32,000 bases of DNA, taken from positions 1-32,000 of the forward strand of contig JBBIMK010000003.1 of the NCBI GenBank assembly GCA_037444445.1, given 5' to 3'. Positions 24,622 through 32,000 of the stretch are shown here, piece after piece. A program made the position numbers and the translations under genes. Under the pieces are notes generated by a model. The model saw only the letters and a list, made by a program, of their open reading frames with translations. It made no database searches and was not told where the DNA came from. Numbering within the stretch: the stretch's first letter is position 1; every line of letters begins with the position of its first letter. Origin of the DNA: a bacterium. Lineage in GTDB: Bacteria > UBP7 > UBA6624 > JBBIMK01.

Positions 24622-25590
24622 TCATTCTCTCGGTGCTTCAGCGGGCACCACCGTGAGTTGAAGTTTTCTGGAGTCCCGAAGAACGATAACCGGGTAAGGC
24701 CGTCCAGTAGGATGTTCATCCAGGAATCGGTGCAGGTCGTCCACGGATGCCATATTTTCACCCCCGATGGAGAGGATGATATCCCCGGGCAATAGCCCGC
24801 CCCGGTGAGCCGGATGCCCGGGCAGAATTTCCACCACCTGAATGCCTTCGTCCCGGGATAGGCGGAGAGCCCTCCTTCCCTCGGGTGAGAAGCGAAAGGT
24901 GGTCACCATCATCCCTAAATAACCATGGGAGACATATCCTTTGGTGATGATTTGGGAGAGGACACGCTGGGCGGTGGTGGAAGGGATGGCGAAGCAAAGC
25001 CCCTGCGCTCCCGCAATGATGGCGGTGGCGATGCCCACCACTTCACCCCTGGAGTTCACCAGAGGTCCCCCGGAGGAGCCAGGGTTCAACGCCGCATCCG
25101 TCTGGATGATATTTTCAATCAACCGCCCGGATTGGGTTCGGAAAGCCCGATTCAGGGCGCTGACAACCCCGGCGGTGACCGTGGTCTGAAACCCTAAAGG
25201 ATTCCCGATGGCTACCACCAGTTGCCCCACCTCTAACCGGGAAGAATCCCCCACCGGAGCGTAGGGCAGTCCACTGGTCTGGATACGCACCACAGCCAGG
25301 TCGGTGTGTGGGTCCGTCCCCACCGGCTCCACCGGCAGGGTTCGTCCATCGGAGAGGAGGGCTTGAATTTCCACCGCACCCCCCACCACATGGTGATTCG
25401 TCAGGGTAAATCCGTCAGGGGTAACAATCACCCCCGACCCGATGCCACGGGCTTCGTAAGGCACCATAAAAAGCGCTTCCCGTGAATACCCTCGCTGAAC
25501 CACCGTGAGATTCACCACCGCCGGACCCGTCTTTTTCGCAATCCCCACCACGATCTTAGAATATGCGTCCATCGCCTCTTCTTCTCTCAT
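24622..25590 (-). CDS. HtrA/DegP-like S1C serine protease with one PDZ domain
   Basis: 322 aa with the catalytic triad contexts TNHHVV, TDLAVV and GSSGGPL. PDZ-like LLPGDIILSIGG. No obvious N-terminal signal peptide or TM segment. Confidence 0.85.
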   Translation of the reverse strand: MREEEAMDAYSKIVVGIAKKTGPAVVNLTVVQRGYSREALFMVPYEARGIGSGVIVTPDGFTLTNHHVVGGAVEIQALLSDGRTLPVEPVGTDPHTDLAVVRIQTSGLPYAPVGDSSRLEVGQLVVAIGNPLGFQTTVTAGVVSALNRAFRTQSGRLIENIIQTDAALNPGSSGGPLVNSRGEVVGIATAIIAGAQGLCFAIPSTTAQRVLSQIITKGYVSHGYLGMMVTTFRFSPEGRRALRLSRDEGIQVVEILPGHPAHRGGLLPGDIILSIGGENMASVDDLHRFLDEHPTGRPYPVIVLRDSRKLQLTVVPAEAPRE

Positions 25591-25672
25591 TTACAACCTC
25601 ACCATACTCAATTTTATCACATACAGCCCTTTCCCAATTCTGTCGCTATTTCGCCCATTTTTATGGGGGCAA

Positions 25673-25678
25673 ATTATA
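25673..25678 (-). promoter_or_regulatory. Candidate -10 box (TATAAT on the minus strand) for the HtrA-like/trxB/GT2 gene string
   Basis: The rc of attata (25673-25678) is TATAAT, about 83 nt upstream of the ATG at 25590 in an AT-rich divergent intergenic region. The -35 is weak. Confidence 0.3.
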
Positions 25679-25728
25679 CCCCTCTCCTGTGAAAATTTGA
25701 TGAAAATAGGACGAAGAAATAATGAAGA

Positions 25729-25758
25729 TTGATTTTTTTTTAAATCCTGCTCTATGAT
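25729..25758 (+). promoter_or_regulatory. Candidate promoter for the small secreted-protein gene
   Basis: TTGATT (25729-25734), N18, TATGAT (25753-25758), about 65 nt upstream of ATG 25823. Confidence 0.35.
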
Positions 25759-25822
25759 TAAGGTAGTTTTGAGTCTGGAAAGGATGAAGTATATCAACCG
25801 ACGAAAAAGGAGGAGATGCAGG

Positions 25823-26290
25823 ATGAGGAAATTTTCGGTTGTTTTCTTGCTCGTAGTGGTGCTTTCAGGTCTGGGATACGGGATTCCCAACCCGGATGGC
25901 GACCGCCAGATTTACCCCCAGGCGAGTGTGAAGAATAATGTCAGCCGGGTTGCGAATACCGTCACGATGACGCTGGACCCTATGTCGTCGCCAGCCTCCG
26001 GCGGCGCCTGGATTCACATTACTTTCAGCAGCGCACTGGACACCTCTTCGGTGAGAGTCTTCTTTGACACCATTGAAGCGGCAGGCTATGCCAACCCCAC
26101 TTCCACCACTCTGGATGTCCTCACTCCTGCTCACCCCGAAGGCTCTTCCACGGTCTATGGTGCCCCCCCGAATCCTGATGATGGAATGATAATTCCTCCT
26201 TTGAGGGGCTTTCAATTTTACAACTCTTCTGGCTCGCAATCCGCGAAGAGAACCACCCGGATTAACCCCAACGCAGACCGTTCATTTTAG
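25823..26290 (+). CDS. small secreted hypothetical protein (possible IPT/TIG-like beta-sandwich)
   Basis: The track ORF starts at 25754. I set the start at ATG 25823 (MRKFSVVFLLVVVLSGLGYG, a signal peptide), preceded by AAGGAGG (25808-25814). The segment ITFSS...VRVFFDTIEA..YANPTSTTLDVLTPAH resembles IPT/TIG strands. That assignment is weak. Confidence 0.55.
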   Translation: MRKFSVVFLLVVVLSGLGYGIPNPDGDRQIYPQASVKNNVSRVANTVTMTLDPMSSPASGGAWIHITFSSALDTSSVRVFFDTIEAAGYANPTSTTLDVLTPAHPEGSSTVYGAPPNPDDGMIIPPLRGFQFYNSSGSQSAKRTTRINPNADRSF

Positions 26291-26310
26291 CAAGCGAGTG
26301 GTAAGGTAAG

Positions 26311-26345
26311 CCCGACCGGGGGTGGTCGGGGCATATTCTTTCAAG
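26311..26345 (+). terminator. Candidate intrinsic terminator after the secreted-protein gene
   Basis: GC-rich 7-bp stem CCCGACC (26311-26317) / GGTCGGG (26324-26330) with a 6-nt loop, followed by GCATATTCTTTC. It lies 20 nt after the stop codon. Confidence 0.45.
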
Positions 26346-26479
26346 GGTTTTCTAAAAGAAAAGATATTTTGCGCCAATTTCAAAAAGAGGCGGCAGATGA
26401 TTCCCTTCATTGATTTAAGGAAGGGGAATCTTCGTGCGTCTTCTTCCATTCCGGGTGAAAAAATCAGGAGGTAAATTTC

Positions 26480-29400
26480 TTACCCGGGTGAATCGGCGGG
26501 AGTAGCAGAGAGGGCAGGTGCCTTCTCCGGGTCAGAAAGGAACGCTGTATACCACTCTTTATCCTTTTGAAGTTGTCCTGCTATGCCTCTGATAATTCTC
26601 TGGGCTCGGAAATACAACCGCTGGCTCTCCTCCCGATTCCCGCCGGTTGCGTAGTAATTTCCGAGGGCAGTGAGAACCCGCCATTCCGCATCTATAAACT
26701 TCATATTCTCCGCCTTGTGAAGCGCCCGGTCAGCCCACTCCCTCTCCCCCGAAATCTTGAATATCTCCAGCATAGTGAGGCAGTGATAATACTGCAATTC
26801 ATCCTTTTTCTTCTCTTTCAGGAGGTTGTGCAGGTGGTGGAGAGCGGAGAGAGTCTTCTCAATCCTCTCTTCCCGGAAGATGGAATGGTAGTTCAGGGAG
26901 GAATAAGCGAGGAGTTCCATTTCACGGATTCTGGCGGCGAATTCCATAGCGGAGAGGAGTGCTTTTCTGCCTTCAACGGGCTTGCCATCCAGGGAATCAG
27001 CGACGCCGAGGCGGGACAGACTGTAGTGAATCAGCGTTTCATCCTTCTCTTCCTCGCTCTTTTTCAGAGCCGTTTGCCAGAGAGATTGAGCATCCTTTAG
27101 CCTGCCGGTTTGCATCAGCACTTCACCTGCTCCGAGGAGCCCCCAAACCCGCCATCGGTCAATGCCTGATTTTTCCGCCAGTCCAACGGATTCCAGGAAG
27201 CGCTCATAAGCCCGGGTGTAAGCCCCCAGATAATAATCCACCACACCCTGCCGATGGAGGTTCATCACCTCCCAGTAGGGGAGCTGGAATACTCTGGTAG
27301 CATGCTCAACCAGTCCAAAGTGCTCTCTGGCATTATCATAGTTCCCTTCTGCCATTTTCAGGAGTCCGAAGTTGAGGTGGAGGGTGGTGAATCGGGCATT
27401 ATCCCGAAGGCTTCGGAAAGTATCATAAGCCTCGTTGTAGTGCTCCTCTGCGGCTGGTAAGTCATTCGCCACGCGAAAGTAGTAGAATCCGATGTTGTTC
27501 TCCATAGCGGCAACATTCCAGCGATTCTGCTGTTCCTGGAAGATTTCGCGAGAATGCCGGAGAAAACTGAGGGCTTTCGGGTCTTTACTGTGCGAGAAAG
27601 CGAGTCCGAGAAAAGCGGTGGCGATGCCTTCGGAGCGGGAGTTCGCTCTGGACGCCGCCCATTGCTTCCGAAGGCTTTCCATAGCAGACTCTACCCTTCC
27701 TCTCTGATACTCTATGTAGCCGATGTAGGAGGCGGCCTGAATGTGGGCTTCCGAGTCAGATTCTGTTTGGTCCACCACTCTCTGGAGGTAGTCCTGTGCC
27801 TCGCGCCATCTGCCCGTCTGATAGCAGAGGATGCCGAGGTTGAGGAGGGAAAGAATGGTATATTCTTTATCGGCAATGAATTCGGCCTCCTTCAGAGCCT
27901 GGAGGAAGTTTTCCTCAGCGGTGGAGTGGGCGCCATCAAAGAGGGCGAAACGCCCCACTTCCACATAGAATTTGATGCGGGTGACTGTCTCTACATCTTT
28001 TTCCAGCAGGAATCTCTGGGCGCTGTTCAGGATTTCTTCTGCGGTTTCGCGGTTGATGTGGGTTCGGGCATAGCCAAAGGCGATAGTGGAATGATACAGG
28101 GCATTGCCCCAGTCGCGGAGTGCGATGAACTGGGCGGCAATCCGGTCCGAGAAGGGTGCCTCTTGCCCCTTATAGGCTTCCAGCATGGCGTTCACCGCCT
28201 CCCGGTGGTATTCCATTCTGACCTCCTCCGGGAGGGAAGCCTGAATGACCTCCGGAATCAGAGGCGTGTAAAACAGGCACTCCTCTTTCCACGAGCCCTT
28301 CATCTGGGAAAAGATGAAATAGGTTTGTTCAAGGGAGGTGAGGATGGACCGGACAGAGGTTTTTTCCATCTTTAAGAACAGGTGGAGGAAGTTGGTGTAG
28401 AATCGGGGTCCGAGGACCGAGAGTTTTTTGAGGATTTCTTGCAGTTCTTTGCTCAGGCGGTCTATACGAGCCGATACATCGGTGAAGATGCGGTTTGGGA
28501 TGCAGATTTTTTCTCGTTTGTGTTCAGCGAAGTAGTAGAGATTATCCAGGAAGAAGAGGGGGTTTCCCTTTGCGGCGGGGAGGAGACGGCTCAAGAAAGC
28601 CTGAGCAGAGGCAGGCTCTAAACGGGAAAGCCACGGCGCTCCTATCTGGAGAAGTTCCTCGTCCGTCATCGGCCCCAGCGGATATTTCTGAATAGAGAAT
28701 CCCCGCAAGAAGAACAGGTCTTCCTGCTCCATCATAGCCAGGATTAAAAGAACCTGGTGATGGTAAGGACCTTCCCGGAAGATGGAGAGAAGTTTTTTAG
28801 AATCTGCATCCATATACTGAACATCATCAAATATCACGACGAGAGGCTTATTTTGTCGGAGGGCATCCAGGAAATGGGAGAAAGCCACCAGGAGGGAGGA
28901 GCCTTCTTTCTTCATTTCTGACAGGTCCTCCGGCGGCAGGTCCTGGGTAATAAAAAGTTTTTCCAGAATCATCAAATCCTGAGGCGGGAGGAAGTCTGAC
29001 AGGCTGTTCCAGAGGGCGTTTAATCCTTCCTCAGGGTCGTCGGATTCCACTCCACAGTAGCGTTCCAGGAGGTCTCGGAAGGCAAAAAAAGATGTCATTT
29101 TATGCCGGGGAAGGCAACGGGCAAAGAGGTAGTGCATATTCCTCTGCTGAAGTTTGCGGATGATTTGATAAAGCACTTCAGTTTTGCCAATTCCCGGGTC
29201 TCCGGTGAGCAGGAGGGCTCCGCCCACGCCCTCCTGAAGACGCAGGATGTGACCATACAGGGCGGTGAGAATGTTCTGTCTTCCAACGAAATTTTCCGCC
29301 GGCCTGACCTGAAGAGACTTTTTCTTTCCGCTGAGGAGTTGAAATAAGTTCAGGGGTTCTTGCGGAAGAGCCTCCACTTTATGCGGGGGGGAGAATTCGT

Positions 29401-29878
29401 AGAGTTCATTGAGTTCCCGGGCGAGGGAATCGGACACAGCGATGTGATTCAGGGCTTGATGAGCGAGTTCACGAGCCGCATCCAGGGGCTCCCCAGTAAA
29501 AATTTGTTGAACCCCATTCCCCAGATTCACTTTCAGGGAGGACACAAAGCCTTCGTGCATTCCGATGTTGGCAACGAGGTCCTGATGCATCTCCGCATTG
29601 TGCCGAAGGATAGCCTGGCGGATGAGGTGGGCAGCCCGCAGAGCCCGTTCCCGAGTATCTTCCAGTGCCTGAGGAATGCCGAAGAGGGCGTAAAATTGCG
29701 AGGTGGTGACCGCATTCACTGTGCCACCGAGGTTGAGCACAATCCGGCTCAACCGTTCAAATAATTTTTGCTGAGGTTCTGCATACAACTCCGGTGAACG
29801 GTGCAATGGCAGGCGGTAGCGAGGACGAATATCCACATATAATACTACCACCAGCTTCTTTTCTGCTGTCTCTACCAT
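26480..29878 (-). CDS. STAND-type signalling protein: degenerate class III nucleotidyl-cyclase-like domain + P-loop NTPase (AAA_16-like) + long TPR array
   Basis: 1132 aa. The N-terminal ~170 aa align by eye to the cyclase homology domain (VVLYVDIRP..., GGTVNAV....FYALFG, NIGMHEG, GEPLDAAREL). Walker A is LLLTGDPGIGKT and Walker B is LVVIFDDVQYMD. The C-terminal ~550 aa carry many TPR-like A..Y...A/G.. repeats. Confidence 0.8.
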   Translation of the reverse strand: MVETAEKKLVVVLYVDIRPRYRLPLHRSPELYAEPQQKLFERLSRIVLNLGGTVNAVTTSQFYALFGIPQALEDTRERALRAAHLIRQAILRHNAEMHQDLVANIGMHEGFVSSLKVNLGNGVQQIFTGEPLDAARELAHQALNHIAVSDSLARELNELYEFSPPHKVEALPQEPLNLFQLLSGKKKSLQVRPAENFVGRQNILTALYGHILRLQEGVGGALLLTGDPGIGKTEVLYQIIRKLQQRNMHYLFARCLPRHKMTSFFAFRDLLERYCGVESDDPEEGLNALWNSLSDFLPPQDLMILEKLFITQDLPPEDLSEMKKEGSSLLVAFSHFLDALRQNKPLVVIFDDVQYMDADSKKLLSIFREGPYHHQVLLILAMMEQEDLFFLRGFSIQKYPLGPMTDEELLQIGAPWLSRLEPASAQAFLSRLLPAAKGNPLFFLDNLYYFAEHKREKICIPNRIFTDVSARIDRLSKELQEILKKLSVLGPRFYTNFLHLFLKMEKTSVRSILTSLEQTYFIFSQMKGSWKEECLFYTPLIPEVIQASLPEEVRMEYHREAVNAMLEAYKGQEAPFSDRIAAQFIALRDWGNALYHSTIAFGYARTHINRETAEEILNSAQRFLLEKDVETVTRIKFYVEVGRFALFDGAHSTAEENFLQALKEAEFIADKEYTILSLLNLGILCYQTGRWREAQDYLQRVVDQTESDSEAHIQAASYIGYIEYQRGRVESAMESLRKQWAASRANSRSEGIATAFLGLAFSHSKDPKALSFLRHSREIFQEQQNRWNVAAMENNIGFYYFRVANDLPAAEEHYNEAYDTFRSLRDNARFTTLHLNFGLLKMAEGNYDNAREHFGLVEHATRVFQLPYWEVMNLHRQGVVDYYLGAYTRAYERFLESVGLAEKSGIDRWRVWGLLGAGEVLMQTGRLKDAQSLWQTALKKSEEEKDETLIHYSLSRLGVADSLDGKPVEGRKALLSAMEFAARIREMELLAYSSLNYHSIFREERIEKTLSALHHLHNLLKEKKKDELQYYHCLTMLEIFKISGEREWADRALHKAENMKFIDAEWRVLTALGNYYATGGNREESQRLYFRAQRIIRGIAGQLQKDKEWYTAFLSDPEKAPALSATPADSPG

Positions 29879-30009
29879 GTTGAACCCTACTATAATATAG
29901 TAACCCGACCCGCCCGACCTGTCAAGTGGACAGGGATTTTCCCTTCACAAGCCCCGCATAAAGCGTTGGCTGAAAAAAAATCCTCATCGGCGGAGCATTC
30001 TTCGTAGGA

Positions 30010-30035
30010 AGGCCTGTCGGATGGTGAACAGGCCT
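30010..30035 (-). terminator. Candidate stem-loop downstream of purH
   Basis: Perfect 8-bp stem AGGCCTGT (30010-30017) / ACAGGCCT (30028-30035) with a 10-nt loop, 18 nt after the purH stop. No clear U-tract, so terminator function is uncertain. Confidence 0.3.
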
Positions 30036-30052
30036 GAAGAAAGCGGAGAGTC

Positions 30053-31576
30053 CTAATGGCGAAAGTGACGAATGCCGGTGAAGAGCATAGTGATGCCATG
30101 CTCCCGGGCTGCGGCAATGACTTCCTCGTCCCGGATGGAGCCCCCCGGTTGAACGATGGCTGTCACTCCTGATTGAGCGGCTGTATCTACATTATCCCGG
30201 AACGGGAAGAATGCATCCGAAGCCAGCACAGCGCCCATCGCATTTTCACCCGCCGTCTTCAGGGCAGATTGCAGGGAAGCAATTCGGCTGGTTTGCCCGC
30301 ATCCTACTCCGGACAGAGCCTGATTCTTCACCACTACGATGGCGTTAGATTTCACATGCTTGCAAATTTTCCACGCAAAAACTATGTCCTCCCATTGTTC
30401 CGGTGTGGGTCGCTCGCCGGCGACCCATTTCCAATCCGCCGGGTCCTCTTCTATCGTATCCTCCGTCTGTAGCAGAATCCCCCCCAGAACGCTCCGAATC
30501 TCCAGGGATGGATGCGAAAGTGCGGAAGGCTCAAACTGCAGGATTCGTAGATTTTTCTTCTTCCGTAAAGCCAGCAGGGCGGATTCAGAAAATTCAGGAG
30601 CCAGAACGATTTCAAAAAAGGATTTCGCAATTTCTAAGGCAGTGGGCTCATCCACCGGGCAGTTGAATCCGATAATGCCACCGAAGGCAGACGAGGGGTC
30701 AGCCTGAAAAGCGCTCTGGAACGCTTCCTGAGGCGTAGGGCGTAACGCGGCCCCGGTCGGATTCGTGTGCTTGATAATCACACAGAATGCCGGGGGATTG
30801 ACGGAAAAACTCTGGATAAAACGGAGGCTGGAATCCGCGTCCAGCAAATTGTTGTAAGAAAGTTCTTTCCCGCCCAGGATGGTGATTCCCGCCAGTGCTC
30901 GGGCATTTTCTGCATAAAACGCCCCCCTCTGGTGAGGGTTTTCCCCGTAGCGTAACTCCCATTTTTTTCGGGCACGAAGAAAAAAAATTTCTGGCATTTT
31001 TTCTTCCACCAACCGGGAGAAGTAGGACTGAATAGAAATGTCATAATCGGCAGTTCGGCGGAAGGCTTTCAGAGCAAGGCAGAGGCGGTCATACAGGTCC
31101 AGCCCCCCTGCATGAAGTTTTTCAATAATCACAGGGTAATCTTCCGGGTCCACCACCACGATGACATGGCGAAAATTCTTTGCCGCCGCACGAATCATAG
31201 AGGGTCCACCAATGTCTATATTCTCTATAATTTCAGGGTCCGGAGCGCCCTCCGCCACCTTTTTCTCAAAGGCATACAGGTTCACTGCCACCAGGTCAAA
31301 AAGAGGGATTTGATGCTCTTCCACATCCCGAAGATGGGAAGGGTTATCCCGGTCCGTTAGAATCCCCCCATAAATCTTCGTGTGAATGGTTTTGATACGC
31401 CCATTTAGAATTCGGGTGAACCCCACAATCGTTTCTGTTGGCACTACGGGAATGCCGTTCTGACCCAGAAGTGTGGCGGTTCCGCCGGAGGCATAAATCT
31501 CCCATCCCATCCCCATCAGTGCTTGAGCAAACTCTACCACGCCTGTTTTATCTGTTACCGAAATCAATGCCCGCAT
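30053..31576 (-). CDS. purH: bifunctional AICAR transformylase / IMP cyclohydrolase
   Basis: The track ORF starts at 31702. I set the start at ATG 31576 (MRALISVTDKTG, the canonical MGS-like PurH N-terminus), preceded by AAGGAGGAA. Conserved SGGTA, NLYAF, IDIGGP.MIRAAAKN, YGENPHQ, KH.NP.G and a C-terminal RHFRH. Confidence 0.92.
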   Translation of the reverse strand: MRALISVTDKTGVVEFAQALMGMGWEIYASGGTATLLGQNGIPVVPTETIVGFTRILNGRIKTIHTKIYGGILTDRDNPSHLRDVEEHQIPLFDLVAVNLYAFEKKVAEGAPDPEIIENIDIGGPSMIRAAAKNFRHVIVVVDPEDYPVIIEKLHAGGLDLYDRLCLALKAFRRTADYDISIQSYFSRLVEEKMPEIFFLRARKKWELRYGENPHQRGAFYAENARALAGITILGGKELSYNNLLDADSSLRFIQSFSVNPPAFCVIIKHTNPTGAALRPTPQEAFQSAFQADPSSAFGGIIGFNCPVDEPTALEIAKSFFEIVLAPEFSESALLALRKKKNLRILQFEPSALSHPSLEIRSVLGGILLQTEDTIEEDPADWKWVAGERPTPEQWEDIVFAWKICKHVKSNAIVVVKNQALSGVGCGQTSRIASLQSALKTAGENAMGAVLASDAFFPFRDNVDTAAQSGVTAIVQPGGSIRDEEVIAAAREHGITMLFTGIRHFRH

Positions 31577-31578
31577 AC

Positions 31579-31836
31579 TTATTCCTCCTTTCGGATGTTC
31601 ATCCGTTTCAACAGAGTCGTCTGGAGTGCTTCTATTATGGTTTGCCTTTGAGCCGGAGTGGAGAAATGCAGAAAAGAGTCCCTGTGGTTGCACAGAGGAC
31701 ATGTCATCTGGCTGTCTTCACCTTTCCAGAGGATTTTGAAATCCAGATGGCAGCGAGGGCATCGCCGGTTTACATAGCCATCCTCATCCACTTTCAGGGG
31801 AACCCGCACCTGAACCTTATTCCCATTCATATTCAT
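31579..31836 (-). CDS. small zinc-ribbon protein (hypothetical), translationally coupled upstream of purH
   Basis: 85 aa with two CPxC pairs (CPRCH...CPLCN). Its ATG overlaps the upstream ORF's TGA (ATGA at 31833-31836). Its last codons contain the purH SD, and its stop lies 2 nt before the purH ATG. Confidence 0.5.
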   Translation of the reverse strand: MNMNGNKVQVRVPLKVDEDGYVNRRCPRCHLDFKILWKGEDSQMTCPLCNHRDSFLHFSTPAQRQTIIEALQTTLLKRMNIRKEE

Positions 31837-32000
31837 ACGGCAGAGGATAGTCCGAGTTGCATAGCCTGTTTAATTTTCCGGGCTAAATCCTGGGGGTCTT
31901 TATATTGCAGGATTCCGAAGGGAGCCCAGGCTTTTTCCGCCTGTTTCCCTTCTGCGGCGAAGAGAAAGGTATATTTCCCCAGACCATAGGAAATACCTAA
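31833..32000 (-). CDS. 3' end of an unidentified ORF running off the window edge
   Basis: Hand translation of the minus strand gives an open frame ...GISYGLGKYTFLFAAEGKQAEKAWAPFGILQYKDPQDLARKIKQAMQLGLSSAV*, ending at the TGA (31833-31835) that overlaps the next ATG. No family recognised. Confidence 0.35.
   Translation of the reverse strand, partial: LGISYGLGKYTFLFAAEGKQAEKAWAPFGILQYKDPQDLARKIKQAMQLGLSSAV

Noticed and set aside
26397-26477. 26-codon plus-strand mini-ORF (MIPFIDLRKGNLRASSSIPGEKIRR) between the secreted-protein gene and the STAND gene
   Set aside because: It has only a weak AGAGG upstream and lies after a probable terminator. It has no distinguishing features and is too short to support without expression or conservation data.
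27554-28375. 273-aa plus-strand ORF inside the STAND gene, plus other long antisense ORFs (20955-21506, 10254-10874, 13224-13640, 17277-17783)
   Set aside because: All lie fully within well-supported genes on the opposite strand. They lack SD sequences and motifs and have low-complexity, Arg/Gly/Glu-rich composition consistent with shadow frames.
31438-31989. 183-aa plus-strand ORF spanning the purH start, the zinc-ribbon ORF and the edge ORF
   Set aside because: It crosses three coupled minus-strand genes, including the unmistakable PurH N-terminus. It has no motif or SD.
1-32000. Search for CRISPR arrays, tRNA/rRNA genes, prophage, integrase/transposase genes or toxin-antitoxin pairs
   Set aside because: I saw no direct-repeat/spacer periodicity, no cloverleaf-like or rRNA-like segments in the intergenic gaps read by eye, and no recombinase-like ORFs. 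Small structured RNAs cannot be excluded without covariance-model scans.

Overview
32-kb bacterial chromosomal window, roughly 50% GC by eye, with frequent GGAGG-type Shine-Dalgarno sites. The taxon cannot be identified from sequence alone. I support 25 protein-coding genes. I recognised no rRNA, tRNA, CRISPR array, transposase or integrase. Left edge, minus strand: an hbd-like 3-hydroxyacyl-CoA dehydrogenase and a phosphohexomutase. Centre, 2756-15355 on the plus strand: a ten-gene, translationally coupled respiratory operon. It opens with a c554-like tetraheme cytochrome and an ActA-like membrane-anchored pentaheme cytochrome. A four-gene module then occurs twice in tandem: a Tat-exported molybdopterin-oxidoreductase-fold protein, a four-cluster ferredoxin, a 10-helix NrfD-like membrane protein, and a secreted cytochrome made of four monoheme c domains. 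This resembles alternative complex III (ACIII), Qrc and Psr/Ttr complexes but matches none of their canonical layouts. It is my main candidate for an undescribed system. Right half, mostly minus strand: two glycoside hydrolases, a small basic zinc-ribbon protein, an M1 aminopeptidase fused to HEAT repeats, a GT2 glycosyltransferase, trxB, an HtrA-like protease and a small secreted protein. It also holds a 1132-aa STAND-type protein (degenerate class III cyclase domain, P-loop NTPase, TPR array) and purH preceded by a translationally coupled zinc-ribbon ORF. All functional calls rest on motifs read by eye from the ORF translations; no database search was possible.
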